Made by a program: the position numbers and the translations under genes
Part shown: one piece after another, positions 9,369-17,583 of the stretch
Layout: each line of letters begins with the position of its first letter
Numbering within the stretch: the stretch's first letter is position 1
Source of the DNA: Saprospiraceae bacterium
GTDB taxonomy: Bacteria; Bacteroidota; Bacteroidia; Chitinophagales; Saprospiraceae
Assembly: GCA_965249735.1 (NCBI GenBank)
Contig: CBDFMS010000018.1
Span: 41,893 to 105,892, forward strand
Direction: 5' to 3'
DNA: 64,000 nucleotides
The notes under the pieces: generated by a model
What the model was told of the DNA's origin: nothing
What the model saw: only the letters and a program-made list of their open reading frames with translations
Database searches by the model: none

Positions 9369-9535
9369 CACCAATAAAATACCTAAAGCGATTCTATTGG
9401 CGGCTTAGTGCTGTACTGGCTTTCTTACTATTACTGCCTATTGATTTCTTCATTACTAAAACCCTTAATCGACCCTGGGGAAAGGTGCATGGAAAGACAA
9501 TGGAAGCGGTAAGAAACGCTTGGTTTAAATATTGA
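9365..9535 (+). CDS. Small membrane ORF (56 aa), below the track threshold
   Basis: ATGA overlap with the previous stop. TM-like LSAVLAFLLLLPIDFFI. Ends 1 nt before the next ATG (9536). Confidence 0.35.
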   Translation: MTPIKYLKRFYWRLSAVLAFLLLLPIDFFITKTLNRPWGKVHGKTMEAVRNAWFKY

Positions 9536-10069
9536 ATGAATAAAGCAAAAACAATGCACACAACAATTAGAAACGGAAACCTATTTTGTACCCATTGCGG
9601 AGAAGAGCATGAATTAAATATGCCTATTCCAGTAGACGATATGTCAAGAAAAATCAAAGCATTTGACATACTACACAAAAATTGTCTCAAGACATGGACT
9701 GAAACAGTTGCCGACCAGAGCCAAAGCATAAAGGACAAAGCCATGTGGTGGCTTGCAAATGGCGAACGGGGATTGAGCAGTATGACGATGTGGAATTGTT
9801 TTATGGCTAAAAAAAGATTTTCTGTTAAGCACCCCTCTGACCCCGACGATTTTAGCAGAGCTTACAAATTGCTGCAAGCTATCCCAGAATGGAAAGCGAA
9901 AAGGTATATGGACAAACTAAAAGGTCTGTCAATCCCGTGGAAAAACTTAGTTGACAATTGGGATACATTGACGTCCATGTTTGAGTTAAACCGAAAAGAC
10001 GACTGGAAAAATTACAAAGAAATTGGAATGTATGAACTGATGAAAAGATGCACTTCTAATAAATTGTGA
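9536..10069 (+). CDS. Hypothetical phage protein
   Basis: 177 aa with an N-terminal CTHC motif. No family recognised. Confidence 0.45.
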   Translation: MNKAKTMHTTIRNGNLFCTHCGEEHELNMPIPVDDMSRKIKAFDILHKNCLKTWTETVADQSQSIKDKAMWWLANGERGLSSMTMWNCFMAKKRFSVKHPSDPDDFSRAYKLLQAIPEWKAKRYMDKLKGLSIPWKNLVDNWDTLTSMFELNRKDDWKNYKEIGMYELMKRCTSNKL

Positions 10070-10117
10070 GCTTTAAGTGTGGCTACATATTGCAACGAAG
10101 TGGGAGGACAGCACCGA

Positions 10118-10357
10118 ATGGAATATAGAATAAGGGAATATTGTGGAGTATTTGATATACAGGTAAAAGGGTATACTACAAAAGGAGTCCTTTGGTGGAA
10201 GAAAAAGGAATGGAACTGGTACAGTTCAAATGTTTGGGGTGGAGTGCTACGAACGTGGCCGGTACTTGAACCTCTTTGTGAAAGTTTTAAAACATTAGAC
10301 GCCGCGCAAAAACGGGTGGAGCAATTTAAAAAAGGTAGTACTTACCATTGTGCTTAA
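10118..10357 (+). CDS. Hypothetical phage protein
   Basis: Track ORF 10079 starts at GTG; the first ATG is at 10118. Confidence 0.4.
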   Translation: MEYRIREYCGVFDIQVKGYTTKGVLWWKKKEWNWYSSNVWGGVLRTWPVLEPLCESFKTLDAAQKRVEQFKKGSTYHCA

Positions 10358-10446
10358 TAGAGAAGCTATAACGCGTAGATATGAGTGAAGGGAAATGGTC
10401 GAAATCCTCTTTTGAAATGAAAAGAATTGCCATAACTTGAGACGAC

Positions 10447-10773
10447 ATGATAAAGACTAAAACAGAAATCATCATCGACGAATTTCGAAGGCGATTGAAG
10501 GAAATGCCGGACATTGAATTTGAAGCCTTGGCAGACAAGATTGATGCGAGTATGCCTACTGAGGATCAAATTTGGAGTTTAGTGACAAAGTGGTGCGATG
10601 AGCAGACCATGCCTATCGACACTGACAGCAGACGGCATTTGATGGATCTGATTTCAAATTTAATAGGCATCCAAAAAGCGTGCATACACAAGTGGATCAC
10701 TTCCGGATCTTATGTAGGCGAGGATTCAGTTCGCAAGTGTGCTCAGTGTGGAATGAAGCAGATAATTGATTGA
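10447..10773 (+). CDS. Hypothetical phage protein
   Basis: 108 aa with C-terminal CAQC. Its stop codon lies inside the first copy of the 19-nt repeat. Confidence 0.45.
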   Translation: MIKTKTEIIIDEFRRRLKEMPDIEFEALADKIDASMPTEDQIWSLVTKWCDEQTMPIDTDSRRHLMDLISNLIGIQKACIHKWITSGSYVGEDSVRKCAQCGMKQIID

Positions 10774-10788
10774 GAGTAGGCGGCTCCT
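10770..10788 (+). repeat. Direct repeat copy 1 (TTGAGAGTAGGCGGCTCCT)
   Basis: 18/19 identical to 11169-11187. Confidence 0.85.
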
Positions 10789-10831
10789 GTATGAAGTATT
10801 AATTTTGTTATATCCTTTTAAATTTAAACAA

Positions 10832-11167
10832 ATGGAATCAACAAATATAGCAGACCTAACAAACCCTGAAAGTGGAAAAACTTACAGAGAAGAAAACAAC
10901 GAAAAGAAACACAAATACGAGGTGGGTGATCTTGTTGAAATTATTGGATGGGACGAAGATTGTCAGTACACTGGTATGAGACTATATGTAATTGGATGTG
11001 TAAGAGACTGTGACGGTACACCACTTTACGTTCTTGGTAGTAAGGACATGAAGCTATACGAAGAGGGGTTTGGGTTAAAAAAGAATGTATGTTATAATTT
11101 CAACTCTTTCTCGGGGTTTGGAGAAGATAGTATAAAACTAATAACAAACAACAACTCTCAATTATAG
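10832..11167 (+). CDS. Hypothetical phage protein (single ORF enclosed by the 19-nt direct repeats)
   Basis: Track ORF 10766 starts at TTG inside the repeat; the first ATG is at 10832 (MESTNIADL...). Confidence 0.45.
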   Translation: MESTNIADLTNPESGKTYREENNEKKHKYEVGDLVEIIGWDEDCQYTGMRLYVIGCVRDCDGTPLYVLGSKDMKLYEEGFGLKKNVCYNFNSFSGFGEDSIKLITNNNSQL

Positions 11168-11168
11168 T

Positions 11169-11187
11169 TTGATAGTAGGCGGCTCCT
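11169..11187 (+). repeat. Direct repeat copy 2 (TTGATAGTAGGCGGCTCCT)
   Basis: 18/19 identical to 10770-10788. Forms the 5' edge of the GC-rich island. Confidence 0.85.
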
Positions 11188-11320
11188 TCGTCGCCGCCCC
11201 TTGGCCTCTGTGCCTCGCAGGAGACACACGCCGCTGCGCGTCGAGAGTCTCCCGGCATGCGCTGTGGCACACCACAGAAGCCAATTGATAGGGACCAGGC
11301 CCGCCCTCCGGACGGCCTGG
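11174..11320 (+). ncRNA. Candidate structured non-coding element (GC-rich island); family unknown
   Basis: Hand count 100/143 G+C in 11178-11320, against 35% and 28% in the flanking 60 nt. Perfect hairpins at 11178-11198, 11262-11277 and 11295-11320. No + strand ORF. Confidence 0.3.
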
Positions 11321-11378
11321 TGATTACAACCAAATACACCCCAAAACTTTAACACTTTTTCTCTTCAAAATCTTCAAA

Positions 11379-11386
11379 TAAGTTTG
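11379..11386 (+). promoter_or_regulatory. TAAGTTTG box matching the Bacteroidota -7 promoter consensus TAnnTTTG
   Basis: Exact match to TAnnTTTG, 31 nt upstream of ATG 11417. No clear -33 TTTG seen. Confidence 0.3.
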
Positions 11387-11416
11387 CACAATACAAACCT
11401 AAATTGTATCTTTGGT

Positions 11417-11824
11417 ATGTCGACAGCGACAAAGTTCTTTCTCAAATTTAAAGGTGCATGTAACACTGAAAATACCACAACGATGCTTATGAAAAAGCTC
11501 ACAGATGCGATACTCAAGATCGCAAAGCAGAACCCCAAAGGGTTCACAGTAAGGCTCCCAGGCCTTCAGAAAGTCACCAAACATTGGGTGGTGGCCTTCA
11601 AAGAAACTCAAAACAGTTTCGATACCAGGGGCCTCAAAAAAGCGACTGATCACGCTTTAAATCATGATCACACCATCGGAGGATGGCACAACGAGTTGGA
11701 TGGTAGATTCTACTTCGACTCAGTCAGGATCTTCAAAAGTGAAGATGCCGCCACAAAGTTTGGAAAGTCACAAGGTCAATTAGCGATCTACGAAGTCCAC
11801 ACCAACCGATTAAAATTTTTATAA
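11417..11824 (+). CDS. Hypothetical phage protein (start uncertain: 11417 or 11483)
   Basis: Track start 11384 is TTG and lies inside the promoter-like box. ATGs are present at 11417 and 11483. Confidence 0.4.
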   Translation: MSTATKFFLKFKGACNTENTTTMLMKKLTDAILKIAKQNPKGFTVRLPGLQKVTKHWVVAFKETQNSFDTRGLKKATDHALNHDHTIGGWHNELDGRFYFDSVRIFKSEDAATKFGKSQGQLAIYEVHTNRLKFL

Positions 11825-11828
11825 CCAA

Positions 11829-11851
11829 GGCAGGGGGCTTCGGCCCCCGCC
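11829..11851 (+). terminator. GC hairpin with TTCG loop
   Basis: GGGGGC-TTCG-GCCCCC directly after the 11824 stop. No U-tract. Confidence 0.4.
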
Positions 11852-11868
11852 TCAAAATAGATAGCAAG

Positions 11869-12330
11869 ATGACACACATCATAGGATTATACAAGTTGAA
11901 ACTCGATCCGGCGGATGCCGAAAAAATAGAAGCGGGTGCACTACTGCACGCCCGGTATTCCAATATCACATTCAAGGTGCTCAAAACAGGACCTGACCAG
12001 TTGATCGTGCGTGCCACGCAAGGCAAAAGCTTTCATGAAAACTACGCCGACGTCAAGTCCCTGGTACAGCTCACCAGGGATCTATTCACTCCATTTATAC
12101 CAGTAGACTACATTCTACACATCGACGCCAACGTGTACCAGGAAGCTCCTCCGGAGATCGTGACTCCGGAGTGGATCCAGAAGCAGATGAACAAAAAGAA
12201 AGTGCGACTCAAGGACCTGGTGCGCGACTTTGGTATTGACAAGGCGACCATGTCCGGCGTCATCAATGGCCATCGGGAGCTGTCACGATTTTCAAGGGCT
12301 GCATTCTATTATTACTTCCGGAGCTGGTGA
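11869..12330 (+). CDS. Protein with C-terminal XRE-type HTH
   Basis: 153 aa. VRLKDLVRDFGIDKATMSGVINGHRELS fits the HTH_3 pattern. Confidence 0.5.
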   Translation: MTHIIGLYKLKLDPADAEKIEAGALLHARYSNITFKVLKTGPDQLIVRATQGKSFHENYADVKSLVQLTRDLFTPFIPVDYILHIDANVYQEAPPEIVTPEWIQKQMNKKKVRLKDLVRDFGIDKATMSGVINGHRELSRFSRAAFYYYFRSW

Positions 12331-12375
12331 CAGTTGTCCTAAGCTCACACCCGACCTGCTCCCCATCTTCGCTAC

Positions 12376-12696
12376 ATGCAAGACCTCAAACTCATCGCGG
12401 CTGCGTCGATATCGGCTATGATCGGCGGCCTCGTCATGTTTATTCGATCGGAGTACTTTAGCTTAAAACACCTGATCGTAGAGATCATCAGTGCACTTTT
12501 TGTAGGCGCCATGGTCGGTAGTGCGTTACTCCACTATACAGACCTGCCATACTACCTCACCTGCTCCATCTGTGCCCTGTTGGGATCTATGAGTAGCAAG
12601 GTACTGGAGTATATGCAGAGCCTGGTCACTATAGGCTTCACCTTTGGCAAGTCCTGGATCAAATCAAAAGCCTCGCGCAAGGATGAAGGCAAATAA
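12376..12696 (+). CDS. Putative holin
   Basis: 106 aa with three hydrophobic segments and a charged C-terminal tail. It overlaps the start of the endolysin gene. Confidence 0.5.
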   Translation: MQDLKLIAAASISAMIGGLVMFIRSEYFSLKHLIVEIISALFVGAMVGSALLHYTDLPYYLTCSICALLGSMSSKVLEYMQSLVTIGFTFGKSWIKSKASRKDEGK

Positions 12697-13051
12697 TTAT
12701 TTCGACCCGCCCGAGTTTGACTCACCCGACCAGCCCGGATCCGGTGCTGAGATGATGCAGCCCTTGTTTATCGACAAGCTCACCTATGCCCGCACGATGG
12801 CAGGCATACCTTTCCGGATCAATAGCGGCTACCGCACACCGGCCCACAATGAGAAGGTGGGCGGTCTGTCGACCTCTTCACACTTGAAAGGCTATGCCGC
12901 TGACATCGCATGTACCGGCAATGAAGCTCGCGCCCTCATTCTGCAGGCTCTATTCGCGGCAGGATTTAGCCGTATAGGCATCGCGCAGACGTTTATCCAT
13001 GTCGACTGTGACCCCGACAAGTATATATGCAGGGTCTGGGTCTACTCGTAA
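12683..13051 (+). CDS. Peptidase M15-family endolysin
   Basis: Track ORF 12644 trimmed to ATG 12683. SGYRTPAHNEKVGGLSTSSHLKGYAADI and FIHVD match the zinc-ligand pattern of M15 peptidoglycan peptidases. Confidence 0.8.
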   Translation: MKANNYFDPPEFDSPDQPGSGAEMMQPLFIDKLTYARTMAGIPFRINSGYRTPAHNEKVGGLSTSSHLKGYAADIACTGNEARALILQALFAAGFSRIGIAQTFIHVDCDPDKYICRVWVYS

Positions 13052-13144
13052 ATAGGCTAAACAATGGAACATCATTTGTCCTATACAGACAGCGCGTCAT
13101 GATTGATTTTTGATAGACATATTTATCATCAAAAAATCTTTCAC

Positions 13145-13516
13145 ATGCCAAATTCACTAGGTATTCAAAACTCAAAAGACCTACTCGGCTACATCTTCCT
13201 GACCATCGTGTCAGCCCTCACCCTTGACAAAAACAAAGACGGCAAGGTATCTGTCAATGAAGCCATCATGGGCATCATGCCCCTGGCCATGAACTACTCG
13301 GGTATATCGACTGCAGCCCCGGAGGCCATCAAAGAAGCGCGAGACTACACACCAGATGAGATTGACGAGCTGGTCCAGTATGTCCAGGACAACTTTGACC
13401 TCCCTGACAATCTTGACAACGTGGAGGCCATCGTCAAGCGGGTGATCAATGGAGCACATTACAACTATCATTTTATCCGGGACCTCAAGCAGGCATTTTC
13501 CGGATCAGCAGCTTAG
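13145..13516 (+). CDS. Hypothetical protein with a TM segment and an EF-hand-like loop
   Basis: ATG at 13145 (track start 13103). TM-like LLGYIFLTIVSAL followed by DKNKDGKVSVNE. Confidence 0.4.
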   Translation: MPNSLGIQNSKDLLGYIFLTIVSALTLDKNKDGKVSVNEAIMGIMPLAMNYSGISTAAPEAIKEARDYTPDEIDELVQYVQDNFDLPDNLDNVEAIVKRVINGAHYNYHFIRDLKQAFSGSAA

Positions 13517-14332
13517 ATGCCAGATGTCAGGCTAAAATACAAACGAAGATCTACCACGATCTTTATCCCCGGATCGTGGCCCGAAGTGAGTCATGATGAC
13601 GCGCCCAGGCTCCTGTCCTGGGCGTGTACATTGCCTGATCAATATGCCCTGGCCACCGTCTTACAACACTACCTGCCGCGCCGCTATTATAGGGCACTGG
13701 ATGACGATAGCCTGACCGAGTTCATCCATCTACTACATTGGTACAAGGCCGGTCCCTCTGCCGAGCCACACATCAGGCATATAGAATACAAGAAGCAGAC
13801 CTATCATATGCCGACCGCGCGCTTTGCCAATGGTGTAGCCATGGAGTGGCCCCTGGCCGATGAGTTTTATAAGCTCATCATAGCCCATGCCGATGACCCG
13901 GATCTGGTCCTGACCAATATGCGCCTCCTGGCCGCCACCCTGTATCGCGAGTATGATGACAGTGGTCAGCGCGCACAGCTCACCGGTCGGGCCGATGTAT
14001 CTGAGCGAGCCGTCATATTTGAAGATCTCGATCATGCCTACCTGCTCAATGCGCTCTATTATTTTGCCGGATGCAAGATCGACCTGGCACAGATCTATGG
14101 TCATACCATATTTCACCCAGTCGAGTCCGAAGATGAAGACGAGGGTGGATCCGAAGCCTACTTTGGCTGGTGGGGTATCTACATGGACATAGCCGAGGCT
14201 GGCCTTTTTGGCGACCTCGATGCTGTCCATCAGACCAACTTTCACACCATATGCATGTATCTGAGTAAGAAGTATCTTGAGGCTCAGGATCGCAAACAAC
14301 AAGAGATGTTCAACAGACCAGACCATGATTAG
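13517..14332 (+). CDS. Phage protein in the virion-gene region, function unassigned
   Basis: 271-aa ORF abutting both neighbours. Confidence 0.5.
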   Translation: MPDVRLKYKRRSTTIFIPGSWPEVSHDDAPRLLSWACTLPDQYALATVLQHYLPRRYYRALDDDSLTEFIHLLHWYKAGPSAEPHIRHIEYKKQTYHMPTARFANGVAMEWPLADEFYKLIIAHADDPDLVLTNMRLLAATLYREYDDSGQRAQLTGRADVSERAVIFEDLDHAYLLNALYYFAGCKIDLAQIYGHTIFHPVESEDEDEGGSEAYFGWWGIYMDIAEAGLFGDLDAVHQTNFHTICMYLSKKYLEAQDRKQQEMFNRPDHD

Positions 14333-14786
14333 CAGCTACCAGGACTATATCGACTACTTCGCAGGACTGGCCACCAGTCATGTAGATATCAAAGGATTCG
14401 CCAAGGGATCAGATGCCGAGCTCATGAGTGAGCTCAAGGATCGAGAGGACAATCCGGTACTTATCCTCGAGACGCCGGATATCAGGTCCGAAGGGTCAGA
14501 GGACGATCTCAGTGAGCGATGGTCCGGAGCAGTGGAGGTCGTCACCAGCATTAGCGCAGACGACTACGACGAGCAACATACAGCGCTGGACGCCATGCTA
14601 CCCATCATCCGCGACATCCGCAACAAGATCATCTACGATGCTGAGGACAATGATTGGGAGATCGACATCCGCGCCCTGCCCATCGTGCCGGTACAGAGCG
14701 TCCTATTGGACAACTATTGGGGCTGGCGCCTGGATTTTACACTGCAGCTCGACACAGGTTATTGTGATCAATCAAAATTTCAATAG
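14325..14786 (+). CDS. Phage protein in the virion-gene region, function unassigned
   Basis: Track ORF 14277 trimmed to ATG 14325, which overlaps the previous stop. Confidence 0.5.
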   Translation: MISSYQDYIDYFAGLATSHVDIKGFAKGSDAELMSELKDREDNPVLILETPDIRSEGSEDDLSERWSGAVEVVTSISADDYDEQHTALDAMLPIIRDIRNKIIYDAEDNDWEIDIRALPIVPVQSVLLDNYWGWRLDFTLQLDTGYCDQSKFQ

Positions 14787-15920
14787 ATGGCTATATCAAT
14801 CGACTCCTGGTACGCAGCAGACACCATCAGACATCAAAAGAATGCCATCACGCTGGGCCTCTCCACGGATCAGTATGGTATGGTCGACAATCTATCGGCA
14901 TATATAGAGGTCTATGATACTACAGGCGTCACGCCTGAGCTACTGGCTACCCTCAACCCTCATTATGATGCCGATGGAGAGACCGTCGTCAACCTGTCCA
15001 GCATCATAGCTGCGACGACCAATATCCCCAAGCTGGTCGACGTGGCCAGCACCTACAATCTATCCATATCGGCAGGCCCGGTGCGTCGCTTGTTAATCAA
15101 ATGTGCTGATCAGCACGGTCTACCTGCTGTTCCCGAGGCGCTCATCGAGTCGGATGAGATCATCATCGTCGATGGATTTATATCATCGCTATACCCGGCC
15201 ATACATGTTGTACCTAATGTCTACGTGATGAAATCGCCTTACAACTTTATCAAACCAGTGCATGCAGATCAGCAAGACTGGATATATGTCCACCGCATCG
15301 ACGACCAGGTGTCCAGCGAATGGAAGATCTCGGCACTGTATGATGATGAAAGCGTGATCGAAGTCATCACTGCCTGGCCCCCGGCATTTGATGACATCCT
15401 GATCAATTGTGGACCGGCCAATCTTGTCCAGGCACATGGATACTCCCTTGATGGGATGGTCAGCTATTCACTATATATCGATGATGTATTGATCCAACAG
15501 TATCAGCTCGAGGATCCCTGTCATCCATACACATTTTTTCTACTCATCGACAATGGTATGGGAGGGATGGAGAGTCTTTACCTCACTGGCAAAAAACAAC
15601 TTAGCAACACCGTCACCAAAGAAAATATCCAGCTCTACGATAGTGGTGACACCAGCCTCCTCAGAGGGGATATAGGTGAGGTCGTGCGATCGGAGCGTCA
15701 ATCGATCAAGGTATTCACAGGATATCACAGCCAGGCATACACCACCCACCTCCGCCATATCATCGCTCGTACCACTTGGTGGATCAATGATGAAATTCCC
15801 GGAGGTCTTATCAAGCTCGTCAAAAAATCGACCTCCTACAATTATTATAATGAAGACGATGATTTGCATGGCTTTGAAGTCGAATTCGAACTATCATTTA
15901 ATGAGCATCCTGCATCATGA
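14787..15920 (+). CDS. Phage protein in the virion-gene region, function unassigned
   Basis: 377-aa ORF whose start abuts the previous stop. Confidence 0.55.
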   Translation: MAISIDSWYAADTIRHQKNAITLGLSTDQYGMVDNLSAYIEVYDTTGVTPELLATLNPHYDADGETVVNLSSIIAATTNIPKLVDVASTYNLSISAGPVRRLLIKCADQHGLPAVPEALIESDEIIIVDGFISSLYPAIHVVPNVYVMKSPYNFIKPVHADQQDWIYVHRIDDQVSSEWKISALYDDESVIEVITAWPPAFDDILINCGPANLVQAHGYSLDGMVSYSLYIDDVLIQQYQLEDPCHPYTFFLLIDNGMGGMESLYLTGKKQLSNTVTKENIQLYDSGDTSLLRGDIGEVVRSERQSIKVFTGYHSQAYTTHLRHIIARTTWWINDEIPGGLIKLVKKSTSYNYYNEDDDLHGFEVEFELSFNEHPAS

Positions 15921-17548
15921 TTGGGATAAAAATTAATAATGTATTTTTGGATCTACCGCGAAATGCAAGTCTGAGATTCAACCTCCGATCATTTTCCTAT
16001 ATCACATCGGGATCCTCCGATATTCAGGGAGGGTTTAGTTATACAATTTCCATCCCCCGTAGTGATAAAAATTTAAAGGCATTAAATCTACCGCATCGAA
16101 TTGATGCTGCGGATCCATTGATGCAGGATGAACCCGTCGAATTTCATTTTGATGGCATTCCATTATTCAAAGGTCAGGCATTTGTAAAGCAAGGCGGAGG
16201 CAAAATTAAATTATATATTATATTAAATGAGCTTGGTAGTTTAAAAAACACGAAGCTCAATCAGCTAGACCTGGGCGGTGACAGAGCTTTCGGAGGGCCT
16301 GCCGAAGCACTGACGACAGCGCAAAATCATTTGAATTATGATTTTACATTTTTCTCAATAGATAATGACGCATTTTTTGAAGGCAATAATATTGATCCAG
16401 GCACAGCATATTCCAAAATTCAAAATGCATTTCAAGGTGGAGCATTTGTCAATGCGACCGATCAATTAAATGCCATGCCATTTGTTCGGCTAGAATATTT
16501 AATTGAGCAAGTATTTGCAGAACTGGGATATTCGCTCAATAATTTATTCATGACCGATGATGAATGGAGGTCATTATATCTATATAATAATTATAGCATT
16601 TATACCGTAGCTGGTGCATGGGATACGACCATTAATTTAGCCAACCATGTACCGATGATCGAGGTCGGCAAGTTTTTAAAAATGCTCGTCTCTCAATTTA
16701 ATTTGGGAATTATTCTCAATCCATTCAAGCGCTCTACTGATCTCGTCAAGATGGATGACATTGTGATGTCGGATCCGGCACATGACTGGACTAGTAAAGT
16801 GGTCGGTCAGCCCTATTTTAAGACGAATAATAGCATCCCGACCAAGTTCATGTACGCAGTCGATGACAGTGATGAGATGATGACCGGTAGCGAGAAGTAT
16901 GAAGATGATTTTGGTGTGATCTATCATCCTCCGTTTGTGGAGTCAGAGTTTTTACCTCCATGGCCTACGCCGTCGCTGGAGTATCATTGGATCGATAGCT
17001 TGACGGCATTGTACAGCTTCGCACCATCGAGCTCACCACACAAGCGCGCCCAGGCACTCCGCCCCCGGACGATGAGCGACGCTCTACCACCATTCAAAGG
17101 TGAGATGATCCCATTGCTCCAGGATCCCCATTATACAGCTCAGTTTGCGAAACCCAAAGTGCTTATCCCGGGCACGACTTCTGCCTCCAATATCAACGAC
17201 TTCAACACCAGGCTGACATTTTATCGAGGCATTGTCGGTGGTGTCCCCTTTGCCAACAGTGGTAGATATACCCAGGCCATCAGTCACACATCACCATATC
17301 AGAGATCACTCTATTGGTACGATGACTATGGCATCTATAAAAACTACTGGAGTAGCACAGTGGAAGCCTTCAAAAAGCGAAAGGATCTATCCGTGTCTTT
17401 AAAACTGTCCCTTGCCGACCTGATCAACTTTGATTTCCGCAACAAGATCCGCATCGACAACATGAACTACATCGTATCGCGCCTCCAGCCTACATTCAAG
17501 CAGACAGGACTTGGCCTTACATCAGCCGATCTTATCACCTGCATCTAG
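15917..17548 (+). CDS. Phage protein in the virion-gene region, function unassigned
   Basis: 543-aa ORF with ATGA overlap to the previous gene. Confidence 0.55.
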   Translation: MIGIKINNVFLDLPRNASLRFNLRSFSYITSGSSDIQGGFSYTISIPRSDKNLKALNLPHRIDAADPLMQDEPVEFHFDGIPLFKGQAFVKQGGGKIKLYIILNELGSLKNTKLNQLDLGGDRAFGGPAEALTTAQNHLNYDFTFFSIDNDAFFEGNNIDPGTAYSKIQNAFQGGAFVNATDQLNAMPFVRLEYLIEQVFAELGYSLNNLFMTDDEWRSLYLYNNYSIYTVAGAWDTTINLANHVPMIEVGKFLKMLVSQFNLGIILNPFKRSTDLVKMDDIVMSDPAHDWTSKVVGQPYFKTNNSIPTKFMYAVDDSDEMMTGSEKYEDDFGVIYHPPFVESEFLPPWPTPSLEYHWIDSLTALYSFAPSSSPHKRAQALRPRTMSDALPPFKGEMIPLLQDPHYTAQFAKPKVLIPGTTSASNINDFNTRLTFYRGIVGGVPFANSGRYTQAISHTSPYQRSLYWYDDYGIYKNYWSSTVEAFKKRKDLSVSLKLSLADLINFDFRNKIRIDNMNYIVSRLQPTFKQTGLGLTSADLITCI

Positions 17549-17583
17549 CTCGTATTACATATATTTGTCATGTGCACGTGACG

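Noticed and set aside
11100-11355. Two - strand ORFs (79 and 65 aa) across the GC-rich island
   Set aside because: Their open frames are explained by the 70% G+C content. The peptides are Arg/Gly/Ala/Cys-rich with no protein-like pattern. The region is better treated as non-coding.
13733-14326. 197-aa - strand ORF overlapping 13517..14332
   Set aside because: It is fully nested antisense to a + strand gene that is translationally coupled to its neighbours. It has no start context or motif of its own. This is a typical shadow ORF in a GC-richer region.
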